Positions 51,195 to 64,000 of a stretch of 64,000 nt of DNA are shown piece by piece; positions within the stretch are counted from its first letter, which is position 1, and each line of letters starts with the position of its first letter. Under the pieces are notes generated by a model. That model saw only the letters and a program-made list of their open reading frames with translations, was not told where the DNA came from and did no database searches. This DNA is from Vicugna vicugna (Eukaryota): NCBI GenBank assembly GCA_013265495.1, contig MU058463.1, positions 4,300,244 to 4,364,243 on the forward strand, written 5' to 3'. Made by a program: the position numbers and the translations under genes.

Positions 51195-52604
51195 TTAGGG
51201 TAATGTTGAAATGTCGTCTCCTGTGTTAGGCACCTGTGCCTTGTGTTCATGGAGACCCTGGAAATGTCTGCTGGTGGGAAGATGATTTTGGTGTAACGTT
51301 GCTCCCTCTTGGAGCTGAGACAACTCCCTCTCTCTCTTCCCCCTCCTTCCTTCCTTCTCTATTTCTCCTAGCATCTTAAAAGGCCACTCATTGGTGAAAG
51401 CATCACAGTGATACCTGCACTTTCCTCAAAAATATGTGTTGACAGGGGCCTATGTTTTTCTATTTCCTTTTCAAATGCCGAAATTTTTAGCGAGCCCTTT
51501 CTTGTCTATACTGTAGGGCTTCAATCAAATAGCACTTGAAGTCTTTCAAAGATCTGCAAGGTTGAAAAAGATTCTAGCCTGTTAGAATGGAGGATAATAG
51601 GTTTCAAACACCCTCCTCATTCCTAGAAGTATCTCTCTTCCCTTGCCGGCTAGAACTGTGAGAGAGAGAGAGAGGGGACCTGTGCTTAGTGGAGGTGGGA
51701 GGGGCTTGGCAGTGCAAGGCAGCACGAAGGAGAGGAACTGGCATTTGTGGATTATGCCAATTTACTGATTATCCCAGAACAGTCTGTTGAATCCAAGGAG
51801 CCTGTTAAAACCACCCCAGCAGCTTCACGGTTGCCTTTGATATTTAGAATTGAGGAGATTGAGGTAAACCCAGTCCAATTAAGCATGTGGTACTTTAATC
51901 AGATAAGGATTAAAGGCAAGCAAAAACCAAAATAGTACCTTTACTGATTCCTGAGAAATAATTAAATTGGACTTACAGCACAGGGAGAGAAAGGTTATTT
52001 TAAGTTTATGAAAGAGAAGACCTTAAATTCTGCAACATGGAGTTAATGCTCTGCATCAACGTAGTGAAGAAATCCCTTCATTGCTGGGGGGTGTGGGGGA
52101 ACCAGGATAGTTAGTGGCTATTAAAAAAGATTACAAAGGATGAACAGTGAAATATCCTCAGCCATTTGAGTATAATAAACTACACATATATTGAATAGTT
52201 GGGTGAAATGTTCTTTAAACCTGCTGCATAAAATACAAAATTTTCAACACAGGGAGGTGACTCACTTCTTTGCTATTGGAATTTTCACTGAAAAACCCCA
52301 TTGCCAGTTTTAATTGGTATTCTTTTGAAGGTACAAGTGAAATTTCAGAACATATCACTAGGGTGTATATGTGTGACTGTGTTTGTGTGTGTGTGGGGTG
52401 TTTTAAAAAGATGCTTTCTCAGCTCTTGTCATTCCCCTAGACAGAGCTCATGGCAGCCTTTCTGCCTGGAAATTCAAATTCTCTGGTTCCTCTTTACTCA
52501 TTGATTAACAGGATACATCCACCCATATGTACCAACTAGTTGCCCAAAATGTAAATAATATATTTAAAGTGTGTTCTTACTCGGTGTTTATTTCAAAAGT
52601 AACT

Positions 52605-53065
52605 GTAGTGGTCAGAGTCCTTGGGTTGTAGGCAACAGAAACTGACTTTGGGCAGTTTAAAAAGGGACTCTCCTGGAAGCTGATCAAGTGTTCAGCAAAT
52701 CGACTGGAAAACTGAGAACAGGGTTTGGTAACAGTCATTACATAAGGCTGCTCTAGAGGGCTGGGAATGTTTCCAGACAAAGAGCAATTATGTAGGGCAT
52801 CACAGCTGGAAAGTATGAGATTTCCACAGCTTCTGCCACCCCAGCATCTCTCACATAAGATGCAGATCCTAAAAGACAGCAGCTGATCCCCTGGGCTTCT
52901 GACTCTTCCGAGAGAGTGTGGAGAAAGTTGGTTTATTTGGTGTTCCTGGTGGGAAGCAGGCACTGGACTTACTGTACTACTAAAACAGTACCACTGGGAA
53001 GAAGTGATTCCCCACAAAGAATAGGTGGATTCTGAGCCACCCAAAATATTAAACACACATTGCAC
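52605..53065 (-). mobile_element. Old MaLR LTR
   Basis: 'gggttgtaggcaacagaaactgactttgg' ... 'gtggattctgagccacccaaaa'. Confidence 0.55.
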
Positions 53066-54377
53066 ACAACTATTTACTGTAATAGTTCATAGTTATGTAT
53101 TTACATTTGATTTAAGTTATTCTATATATGCATCTGTGTATATACACAGATTTTTGCCACTTTTTAATGGCATCTGGCAATGATAGTGCTTGATTAATAA
53201 TTCACAATGAAAGTTTTACAAATTTGATGTAGATTTTTGACGGCTATGAAACACCCCTTTGATGATTCTCTTCTGGAAATAATTTTCCCTAATCTGAATA
53301 ATTTCTTCTTTAAGGTCTAGCAGAGAAGGAATGAGGGTAATGTATCGAATCAAAAGCACATCCACTGATTTATGGGGTGCTTTGATAGTGACTTGGAGAT
53401 GAATAGATCATTAATTTCATAATTGTTGAAAAGGTGGATGGAAACACATAGAGAGGGGTTGAAATGACTGAACCACTGGCCTTTTAATATATGTGGAAAA
53501 GGGATTGCAGGTGTGGAGGGGTCTGGCTTATGTTACAAAGTAGGTGGTTGGAAAGAAAGAGGGAAATGAATGTGTAATCATCTAGTCACCTAGAACAGAT
53601 ATTTTTAAGGCTTGTGAAGCTGAACTAAAAATGATCAGATTTTATACTTGATGAGTGTACATTTTATCTTGATTTTGTTTCTAGAAGAAGGAGTTCATTA
53701 TTATTTATCTATATCTATGGATAAACATCATCATCATTAAAATTTTATTTAATTAAAAAGTAGGATTATCACATTAAATTTATAGACAAATACAATTAAG
53801 AGGCCTCTTTTTTTTAAAGTGGTTGTTATTAAAGAATATTCTAGGATTTTTTAAAACACTGATGTCTGTGATTAAAAAAGCCAGTTCTAAATTGTTGTAT
53901 TTTGAATCCTGAGATTTTGTTAGTGTCTTGACCTATAGTCACCGATACATATTTTCTACAAACTAAGTGCTTTCATTAGAAAAGAGTGGGCATTTACTAC
54001 TAATGGAAGTCTGGTAGAGTTAAATGTTATTTGAGTGGACCAAAAGAAATGTGCTGTTCTCTATGTAATTTCCCTTTAAATCCAGTAAAGTGGTGGCTGT
54101 ATTTTTTCACAATTCTGTCATGATGCGGTTCAGGTGAGGTTAGTCTCTTTTGTTTTCCTTAGCTGTCTAATGGTGGGTATTACTTTATTATGTTCAAGGT
54201 TGACAAGGTGTATGTAAGAATGACAGGATGGTCTACCCTGGAGACCAGCTTTTGCTTTACTGAGATGGGGCTATATGAGTCTGTCAGCCATTTACAAACT
54301 CAAACAGGAAGTGGATGGTAATGTATTTGGTCTCCAAAGTGAAAAGTCAACAGATGCCACATTTCTGTAATTTTCTT

Positions 54378-55596
54378 TTTTTTAATACATTTTTTATTGA
54401 TTTATAATCATTTTACAATGTTGTGTCAAATTCCGGTGTTCAGCACAATTTTTCAGTCATTCATGGACATATACACACTTATTGTCACATTTTTTCTCTG
54501 TGAGTAGAATAACATTTTGTGTATATTTCCCTGTGCTATACAGTATAATCTTGTTTATCTATTCTACAATTTTGAAATCCCAGTCTATCGCTTCCCACCC
54601 TCCACCCCCCTGGCAACCACAAGCCTGTATTCTCTGTCTATGAGTCTATTTCTGTCCTGATTTACGCTTTGTTTTTGTTTGTTTGTTTGTTTTTGTTTTT
54701 GTTTTTTAGATTCCACATATGAGCGATCTCATATGGTATTTTTCTTTCTCTTTCTGGCTTACTTCACTTAGAATGACATTCTCCAGGAGCATCCATGTTG
54801 CTGCAAATGGCATTATGTTGTCGGTTTTTATGGCTGAGTAGTATTCCATTGTNNNNNNNNNNNNNNNNNNNNNNNNNNNNNNNNNNNNNNNNNNNNNNNN
54901 NNNNNNNNNNNNNNNNNNNNNNNNNNNNNNNNCTTGTTTAGGTCTTCTGCCCATTTTTGGATTGGGTTGTTTATTTTTTTCTTATTGAGTCGTATGAGCT
55001 GCTTATATATTCTGGAGATCAAGCCTCTGTCGGTTTCATTTGCAAAAATTTTCTCCCATTCCGTAGGTTTTCTTCTTGTTTTATTTCTGGTTTCCTTTGC
55101 TCTGCAGAAGCTTGTAAGTTTCATTAGGTCCCATTTGTTTATTCTTGCTTTTATTTCTTCTAGGAGAAAATTTTTGAAATGTATGTCAGATAATGTTTTG
55201 CCTATGTTTTCCTCTAGGAGGTTTATTGTATCTTGTCTTATGTTTAAGTCTTTAATCCATTTTGAGTTGATTTTTGTATATGGTGTAAGGGAGTGTTCTA
55301 GCTTCATTGTTTTACATGCTGCTGTCCAGTTTTCCCAACACCATTTACTGAAGAGACTGTCTTTTTTCCATTGTATATTCTTGCCTCCTTTGTCGAAGAT
55401 GAGTTGACCAAAAGTTTGTGGGTTCATTTCTGGGCTCTCTATTCTGTTCTATTGGTCTATATGTCTGTTTTTGTACCAATACCATGCTGTCTTGATGACT
55501 GTAGCTCTATAGTATTGTCTGAAGTCTGGGAGAGTTATTCCTCCAGCCTCTTTCTTTCTCTTCGGTAATGCTTTGGCAATTCTAGGTCTTTGATGG
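54378..55596 (-). mobile_element. Young 5'-truncated L1 (ORF2 C-terminal part and 3' UTR) with TSD
   Basis: ORFs '[27 protein letters not shown]', '[24 protein letters not shown]', 'EYYSAIK'; T-tract at 54378; flanks tgtaattttctt (54366-54377) / tgtagttttctt (55597-55608); N gap at 54853-54932. Confidence 0.97.
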
Positions 55597-55984
55597 TGTA
55601 GTTTTCTTAATGAAAGAGTCTTTGGCCTTGGCATTAACATATTTTGTGTAGTGTTGAAAGCAGCAATGCATATATAAAGAAATGTGAGAATTTCAAACAA
55701 AACCTTAAGCAATTGTTTTTACCATGGGGCTAATAGTTACCTGGGACCAGCAGGAAGTCTGATGGAGAAACTGTTGGACTTGAAGTAGAGCATTAGAGAG
55801 AGCTTGTACTAGAGAAAGATAAGTTGGGATGTTATACCCTGGGGAGGGCTGGGCTGGGCTTTTTTCTCTGAGTTCATTATATCATCCCACTCTCTCTGTG
55901 CTTCCTCCCACTCCTCCGAAATCCCTTAGAAACCTTCATCCATGGGGGTGGTTGCTATAGCTGAGCTTAAAGGCTTTTCTTCTA

Positions 55985-56110
55985 TTATTCTTACAAAATC
56001 TCCCTGAAGTAGGCTAATATTGTCACCATTTTACAGATGATGGAACATATGTCACTAGCCCACAATTATAAAGAAAATGGCAAAGCAGAGATTAGAAAAT
56101 TGTTCTGTAT
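55985..56110 (-). mobile_element. MIR fragment
   Basis: 'ccctgaagtaggctaatattgtcaccattttacagatga'. Confidence 0.7.
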
Positions 56111-56769
56111 TTAGTTACCTAAAAAAGAGTCATGATATTCATGTGATTAATCCCAGAGTAAGCAGTGTGAAAGTTCAGAAATATCTGGAAAATTGCATCC
56201 CCCCCAAAGGATTTTTTTTCCCTTCTTTTTTCTAAAAAAAAATTTAAGTGGGAAACTTCCCAGTGATCTCAGAAAATGAGAAAGAAAAAATATGTCCTCC
56301 CCACACTGGAACATTAAAGAAAATAGACATTCATACCTTAACCTAGAAAGCATGGAAAATTGGGTACTACTGTCTTGAGACCTCGTTATATCCGATTTTA
56401 GAAGGTCCTAGGTATCTGGAGTCAGGTTTCTGCAGCAAGGAACAGAAGGAGGTGTGGCCACCAGCAGATGCCAAGACAACCTTGCAGTGTTCATGCATAG
56501 TCCCAGCACACGATGCTTTCTCAAGTCTCCAAAGCCAAGATTAGGGTTGGTTGTCAGGCAGTGCCCTGGGGGTGTATCCTCCAGGACACATGTTTACAGC
56601 CTTTGTAGGGTCCTCTCCTCCCTCTGGCTTTTGCTTGTGTCATGTGTCAAAATCTAGGGCACGTAAAAGCAGAAGTTAATTTTGTAATATTAGGTCAGAG
56701 AGGAAGGGCTACCATAAACATTGAAGATCGCTTAGCACAGCATCCTGAATCAATGATTGATTGATTTCC

Positions 56770-56950
56770 TGTTTTAACTGCATCTGGCACTTACGTGAGC
56801 TTCATCAAGTCGTAAGTCTCCAAGCCTCAGTAACATCATTTGTAAAATGGAGCCTATCTTGCTGGTCTTGACAGGATGTTTTGAAGGATAACTGAGTTAA
56901 GATAGATGAAGTTACTATGCATGGTGGAAACTGGGTCTCTCATTGAATGC
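56770..56950 (+). mobile_element. MIR fragment
   Basis: 'tctccaagcctcagtaacatcatttgtaaaatggag'. Confidence 0.65.
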
Positions 56951-59416
56951 TTTGGTCTGACTTGCAATTATAACCCAAGTCTTTCAGATGAGGCCTGAAT
57001 TCTGCCTTTTGGAGTTACACGTTAGAGTTCTTTCTCTTAATAACACTGTAGGCATGTGCAGACAGAGCACCTAGTGTTTGGAACTTAGATCTGGGATCTG
57101 TGGTTTTCATAGTTGGTCATTTCTTCAGTCTCTCTCAGTTTGCATAATTGCCACAAAATCACTAAAAAATGGTATCTCATATTCTGTTTGTAAAAGCATC
57201 ACTTACCCACCTAGGGATTAATAAATTGAAAGTTTTACTGCTTAGAAAATAATCAGGTGTTGAGAAGCACAAATTGTTCTATCGTTTTCTGAAGGTTAAT
57301 AGGCTTTTTCTCTCTGTTTTTTCCTCCATAGCATTACCATCTAACATGAGGCTGTTCCTCCGGATGAAACAGAGATTGAAATGTCACACCAGCATGATCA
57401 ATTAGATGATGTAGAATAGAGGCATTTGCTACCTGACCTTAATCTACCGGGTGAGAATGACTGAATGGGGAAGACTGAATACAGAGAGATTCGAAGGTGG
57501 AGGAAATCAGCAGAGTACAGTTTAAAGAGACACAGAGCAGTGTGAATGTTGGCTTATGACAAAATGGACATCCTCAGGATAAATGCTTACTAGAATGCAT
57601 ACTGGTTCACTTATTTGTTCAATTCTGAGTGACTACAAAATGAATATAAACACCTTTAACAAATGCAATATGGTAGGAAAAGAGGCAGGTACATTTTCCA
57701 AAAATGTTTGGTTAAGTTGCTTAACCAAAGTGACAAGGAGAAAGATGATGCAAACTACATATATGAGCTGTACGATGTTCTGTGAAGAAGGAAGAGGAGA
57801 TATGACTAACAAGGGAACATGATAGCTATCTTCCTCTATTTAAAGGCTTGTCATCAGAAAAAGGATTAGACATATTTTGGTGGGGATGACAGAGAGGAGG
57901 GGTGTAAGGACTTGACTTTGACTTAGTGTAAGGAATGGCTTCCCAATATTTGGAACTGGATGAGAGTCACTGGAGCAGCCGTGCCCAGCTTCCCATTGCT
58001 GGCTTGCTGGGTAACCATGGTTGCAGAAGAATCTTTGCATTAAACATGGTGACCCCAATCACCCCTTAATATCCCTCCTGCAGTTGTAAGTCACATTGGA
58101 GCAGTCTAAAATGCTTTTGAAGCTTCTTTAGGAACAGAACTGAATGAACCTGGGAGCTGCTCAGACCTTGACAGAATTAGTCCTTCTTAGCAGCACATAT
58201 GTTCCTTGTAGGCCTGGGAATGGTTGCTGGTCTGTTTCAATTACAGACAGCTGGTATTAGCTAGGGGCTTTACTGGATTAGTCAGCCCTAGTAACAATGA
58301 TACGAGGTGTTTCTCCCTGGATTAGGTGATATCTGCTATGTTTACTCTTTGAGTTTTATATTTATTTTTCTTATCCATTCAAGCACAACTTAATGGGAAA
58401 GCATTGTGGTTGGGAATCTGCTTCCCAAAATGAGCCACTTACCTTCTGTTTTTTTTCTTTCTAGAGTCTATTTGGTAGTTCCTATTTGTGGAGTTCAGTT
58501 GTGAGACATCAATTTATCATAGCTGTGGAAAACTAGCGGAAGGTTCAGAGAAGAGCCACGGAAATGATGAAGAAGTGGGAAAACGGAATTCGACCATGTA
58601 TCCTGGAGAGGTGAAGTTGAGGGTAACATTTACATTTGTTTCCAGGCACAACTGCTCAAATACATGTGTGCTGGTCAACTTAGGTGTGACCACCCATGGT
58701 CTTTCAGTTCATGAAGGCTGCTGTAGAGGATATTTTCTACTGAGACAGGCATGAGCTTCAAGATGGTCTCATAGTAGGTACCCTATATCTAATAAATATT
58801 TATCGGGTTAACTTGATTCCAACGTTAGTTTCAATATAAGCATTTAGTGAAGGTCATTAAACTTTAAAATGTGTTCCCAAGGAACATTGTGGCATCTTCA
58901 TCTGAGAACTTCTTTTAAATTGGATAACTAATTATCTGTTTAGAATAAAAGTAGAGGAATAATTCTGCATACTTCGTAAGGACTCAACAGTTCTTGATTT
59001 CACTTGTGTGCTTTGCTTGTGTGTAAGCAAAGCACTAAATCCATAATTCAGGGGTAAGATAACAGACACATAAGATGACTATGTAGAAAGAATCTTCTCA
59101 TTTGAAATTTTGATTTTCCTATAATCACGAAGTATGTGATAGTCCTAGTTCTGCACTACCAAGTTTCCTGATTAAAATAATTATCACGTACATTCCTGAG
59201 AGTGCCCAACATGTATTACAAACCTATAGTCCCTAAGAAAAATTGATTCTAGGGAAGAGGGGATAAAATTAAAATTTGACTTTTTTTTAAAAAAAGTAAC
59301 TGCATAGAGGACATCCAGAACATGTGGTGCCAATAGGAATTAAGAGTTTTGAGCTGGAATAAGATTGTAATTGTACTGTTTGAGAAAATTTCTGTTCTCT
59401 TCTGGCTGATGAGTAC

Positions 59417-59710
59417 TGTAGTAGACATTTGGTGTCCACCTTTCTAGCATCCATTATCCCCCAGGAAATTTAGGTGACATTGACCCTACTTATACACTCC
59501 AGGTATATAATCAGATGGCTCTGACTGGCTTAGTCTAATCCGCATATCTCAGTCTCCCTGTCCACAAGGCAAGAGCATCTAACACAATCAGGCCAATGAG
59601 AATGCGGATTCCAGAAGACATCTTTTTTTCCTCTGACTGATGTGATGAGGTGTAAAGGCTGACACTATTGCAGCCATTTTGCTACCAGGAGGGATAGCCC
59701 AGATCCTGTG
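59417..59710. mobile_element. ERVL LTR16/LTR33-like fragment
   Basis: 'tgtagtagac', 'caatcaggccaatgaga', 'gcagccattttgctacca'. Confidence 0.5.
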
Positions 59711-59724
59711 AAGAGGAGGCTGGC

Positions 59725-59860
59725 TCTCTGTTTTTTAGTTTTCTCATCTTTAAAATGGAGATAATGGTACCTTCCTCTAGGACTGTGGTGAAATTAAATT
59801 GTTTAACTTCGTAAGATGCTTATTATAATTGTAAGCACTCAATAAATGATAGTTTTTATT
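59725..59860 (+). mobile_element. MIR 3' half
   Basis: 'agttttctcatctttaaaatggagataatggtaccttcctctaggactgtggtgaaatt...taagcactcaataaatg'. Confidence 0.8.
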
Positions 59861-60519
59861 AGTAGATAGAGTATATTTCCTCTACTTTAACAAAAAGCCT
59901 CATTTCCCCTCCCTGAGCCCAATGTAATATTTTTGGGGACCTGAGCTGTCTGGTTAATTGTATTTAATTCCTTAAGTGATTTTCTCCCCCTCTTGGCTCT
60001 ACACTGCATGATCTCTGCACAGAATTGGTTTTGCCAGTAATAAATTGTCCCTGTCAGCATTTAAATAATGAAAGCTTAGGGACTGATCTCTAGGCACCAT
60101 CTCTGGACTCCTAGTACCCACAAAATACCTGATCCTTCCTCCCGAACCCACAGCTCTATCTGGGAGTGGTTTTGCAGAGAAGGGATGGTTGCAAGTGAGA
60201 AGGAAGAACAGTGATGCTGTTGCCTAGTCGTGCCCACAGGTGGGATGTGTTTTCAAACGGGAACTAACCTGGAGCATCTGTTGAATTAAGAGTCTGAGCT
60301 AATAAATGTCAGCGTATGCCTGTGCCTGGGGGGCCAGGAAACTGCGCACACGGAGGCTTCCATGCTGTCTGTGCTGTCCCAGTAACGTTCCTTCCTTTAC
60401 CATCCATGTTTGTTTGCTTTGTATTTTAAAGATAACAAGATGAGCAGACATAGACAATAATAGTCAGGATCAATTCTCGAAGCTATAAATAATGGACTTT
60501 CCTTTGAAAAGCAACTACT

Positions 60520-61462
60520 CAGTTCTTCTGACTCCTTCTGCTTCCTGACAGTAAGAAGTTTAAGTTTTTAGTTAAATTTGACAGAACAAAGACTTCTGAT
60601 ATGTGTAGATTTTCCTTGTAGCACTTTGGGAGAGACAGATAGGAACCATGTGGAGATACGTACATTTAAAACAAAAAGGGTCTAACACAGATGACAGGTC
60701 TGTGGGTAGAGGAGTGGGTGGGCAGAGAATGAGACTTGAAGAACTTGCGTTTTTTCATTCCACATACATCTGTATGGTTTGAATTTTATTTTACAGTGAA
60801 TTTATGTACTGCTTGTATAATTTTGCAGATCTAATTTTAAAATGTCAATAATTCCATCCAAGTTACAGGTTGTATTTTCTACGATTGGTTTTTCAGATCA
60901 GAGTATTATAATCATTTCAGGTGTTTATACCTGAGTCACCTGACGATTCTGGTGGATTCAGACTATTAAACTTAAATGTTGGGAATACAGCCAACTCCTT
61001 TCTGTTTGGGACGTCACATAACTTAATGTTCTCAAAGACCACCTTGCCTATCTGTGTTTTGAGCCCTCTTGATCCCCATACTATACATAATTGGGCTGTA
61101 TTTACATCTGCAATGAGTACTTTTGCCTGACAGAGTTGTTCTGAGATGAAACAGCCTGTTGGGTCTCCTGCGTGCTTATGACTCTCGGCTTTCACCACTT
61201 CCAGTTGAATGAGAATCACTGGCTCTGTGAATGGAACTTTGCAGTAACCTCACACTCATGGTGATTAGAACTTTCTGCTGCTGCAATTGGATCCAGCAGC
61301 TCATGAAAAGGAGAAATTTCCAGCGAGATGGGCCAACCTTTCAGTTCAGATATGGGGAGAGTTTGGCCCAGGATGCTCGGGGATTTCCAAGTTCCCTGAT
61401 TACTCTCAGGGGCAGGGCGGGGACTAGAAGCCAGTTCTTCTGACTCCTTCTGCTTCCTGACA
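60520..61462 (+). repeat. Dispersed identical 31-bp direct repeat pair
   Basis: cagttcttctgactccttctgcttcctgaca at 60520-60550 and 61432-61462. Confidence 0.95.
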
Positions 61463-64000
61463 CATGATGTGCTGAGGGGTCACCCAGAAGTCATCCTGCT
61501 TGCTTCATTTGCATCCTGGATGCCGGAAACAAAGTTGAACCATGTGGGACTTGCTTGGGATAATAGGAAGTGAGGCTAGTGGAGTAGAATGTGGTGTAAA
61601 TAAGCAATAATAACATGAGGGTTTAAATGAAGACTATCTTTTATCTGTGGAGCAGTTTGAAACAATAATTTCTTTCTGCTTTTAAGAATAATACACGCTC
61701 AGTTTAGTAACTTTTTGAAAGCATAAAGGAGAAAAATCAAAATTACTCTTAACCACCTTGTCAAGAAATGATCAAGATTAGTATTTTGGAATCATACATG
61801 CAGACGTATGTATAATCAGATCAGATCACAAACATACATAATTTTGTATCCAGGTTTTTTTCATTAAATGTTATATGATGTGCACTTTCCATGTCACTGA
61901 ATGTTCTGCAAAAACATGGTTTTAAAATGGCTAAACCATATTCTCAGGAGGTAGTTCTGTTTGATTTTTGTTGCCTTAAGCGATGAACCATCAGAACTGG
62001 ATGACATGGAATAAATCCTGGTACAGAATTAAAAGAATGGGTGCTGAGGTTTGGCGCTATGATCCAAGGTGTCAGCATGGAAGGAACGGTGACAGCAGCA
62101 GCTGAAAGCTGTCAATCCTGTGCAGGCAGCAACACGAAGGCGTTTAGAGGCAGGTGACAGAAAGTCAATTCACAGATACACACTTAAGACAATGTAATAG
62201 TTTCTTATTTTGGCCTCTCCGTCAGCATACCTTTATAATACAAAGCACTGTTTAGGCCACAGACTGGTCACTCTAGGCCACCATGAGATGAAGCCCTCAA
62301 CTCCTGGACAGAAGTGACTCAGATGCAAAATCAGCTCTTCAGATTTCAGGTGTCTGTTATCCAACCCACTCTGTCCCCCTTGGACACTCACTCGGCCTTT
62401 AGACCACGTCCCTGCTTATTACTCTTCCACCAGAAGCAAGGCAATTAAAGGAGGAAGGGGTGAAATTTCAAAGGATCCACTTTTTATCCATGTTAATTAG
62501 TTTTGCTAAAAGGTGTGATGAAGATTGAGGCAAAGGGTTTGAAGTGCCTGCCTTCATTTGCTTCACGGGTGCCCCGTTGCCATGGATAATTGAGAACTTG
62601 CAGAGTGGGAAGCACCCACATAACCTGAAAGATGCGAGTCAAACCCAGCATCAAGACTGATTTATCATTTGGGGCTGGGAGACCCTACACGATTCAAGAG
62701 GGCTCCCCTTCTGAAAAGTCCTGGGAGGATGGGGCTGGGACTTGGATGAAACTCAGCCTCCCTCCAGTGCTCTGGATGCAGTAACGCCTTTCCTTCCCAC
62801 TTTCCCCATCTCCACAGGTTTATAGTCTATTGATCATTAAAGAAGCTGATTATACCTCTGTTCTAACGAATTAAACAGAATCAGGGAGGGAGCACAGTAC
62901 TTCAGGTGAGAAGAGAGCTCATGTAATGATTCGGCTAAATGTTCCTAAGACTGACACATACTCACAGGGCACTGAGACAGTGCAGATGACGGGTCTTCTG
63001 TGTGCTTTGTGTCTTCATTGTGGGCCGGGTTGATGATGAGTCTGTTGCCAGCAAGATATGGTTTCCTCCTGTGCAGAAACGCCAAATTTGCAGCTCTTGG
63101 TGGGAGATGAGCTCGGAATGTGATTTCTTCCTTTCTCTAGCAATTTTCTGCCTGCTTGCATGAAATGCTAATGAACATCTTACACATGACAGAGCACTGA
63201 GATGTATCTTTATTTTACTATTTTGGGCAGATCTGACTTTATAAAGTCTAAGTCTTAACGCGATGGTGACAAGACACTTCTAGCAGACCCTTTCCTCACC
63301 TCCTCCAAATTTGTGCTCCAGATGCTCCTCTCCCAGTGCTGAGCTGATGTGCTGTGTCTCTGATTTGAGGTAAGCTCTATGTTGCCGTGGCACCCCTGCA
63401 TCCCGTCTTTCCCCACCATGCCTCTGTGTCCAAGTCTCTGGGAAAAGTCCAGCTCCAGCAACATAAGTCTTGAACTTCAATCTCAGACCTAGTCAGACAT
63501 TTATTGTCAGTTGTAAACTAGAAGCCAGATTTAATTTATTTATTATTTTAACTAGTTGGGGGTGTGATGAGGCACAAACAGGGAGCTGAACATGCTTATG
63601 GGCAGCAGGTTAAATGCCTAAGTGATTTTATAATTATACCATCAAGTAAATTTATTTGTAGTGGGGACTGAAGTGAAAACAGAGCTTCTGTTTAGGACTT
63701 GGCTGATTGATGGTGCCAGTGGAGAGCTTAGTTTGGGACACGATGGCCTTCACTTGTGGAATTGGTTGGTGGTACACCAGTGCTCTCATCACATCTGTAG
63801 GAGGGCCACCCTCAGACTCCATGAGTGATGGAAGCGTGCATGAGGCACAAAGGATGGAACCTTGCTAACTGCAGACAAATAGAGATGCCGCTTTGGGGGA
63901 CGGCTTCTGTCAGCACTGAATGATGAGGTCAGATGTGAAGTTGGTGTTCCTCTTACTTCTTGTTGGCAACCCAAGGCTGCCTGTGCCATTTGGGCGTGGT

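Noticed and set aside
54934..55407. 157-aa hydrophobic plus-strand ORF
   Set aside because: Antisense shadow of L1 ORF2.
60917..61219. Overlapping 100-aa and 69-aa ORFs near a tttcag acceptor-like site
   Set aside because: No recognisable homology or donor site; lengths within chance range.
1..64000. CRISPR arrays, operons or other prokaryotic systems
   Set aside because: Mammalian DNA; no regularly spaced repeat-spacer structure or gene-dense region.

Overview
Mammalian, repeat-rich, apparently non-coding (intergenic or intronic) DNA, most likely from a camelid: it carries a Vic-1-type tRNA-derived SINE and artiodactyl-type L1 3' ends. I recognise no intact host protein-coding exon. The supplied ORFs are chance ORFs, L1 ORF2 remnants or translated microsatellite. 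Identifiable content: L1, L2 and CR1/L3 fragments, MIRs, MaLR/ERVL solo LTRs, hAT fossils (MER3, MER5, MER63, MER94), a 3'-truncated U4 snRNA retrocopy, microsatellites, small tandem duplications and two N gaps. The most interesting lead is tentative. A decayed minus-strand segment (~11620-13590), split by a MER3 that itself contains a 5'-inverted L1, gives frameshifted translations with short collinear matches from the N- to the C-terminus of bornavirus nucleoprotein. Downstream on the same strand are weaker P-like and M-like blocks, in bornavirus gene order. This may be an ancient endogenous bornavirus-like element. Each block is individually marginal and was compared with protein sequences recalled from memory, so a real profile search is needed. 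Repeat family names are also by-eye assignments, and many boundaries are approximate.
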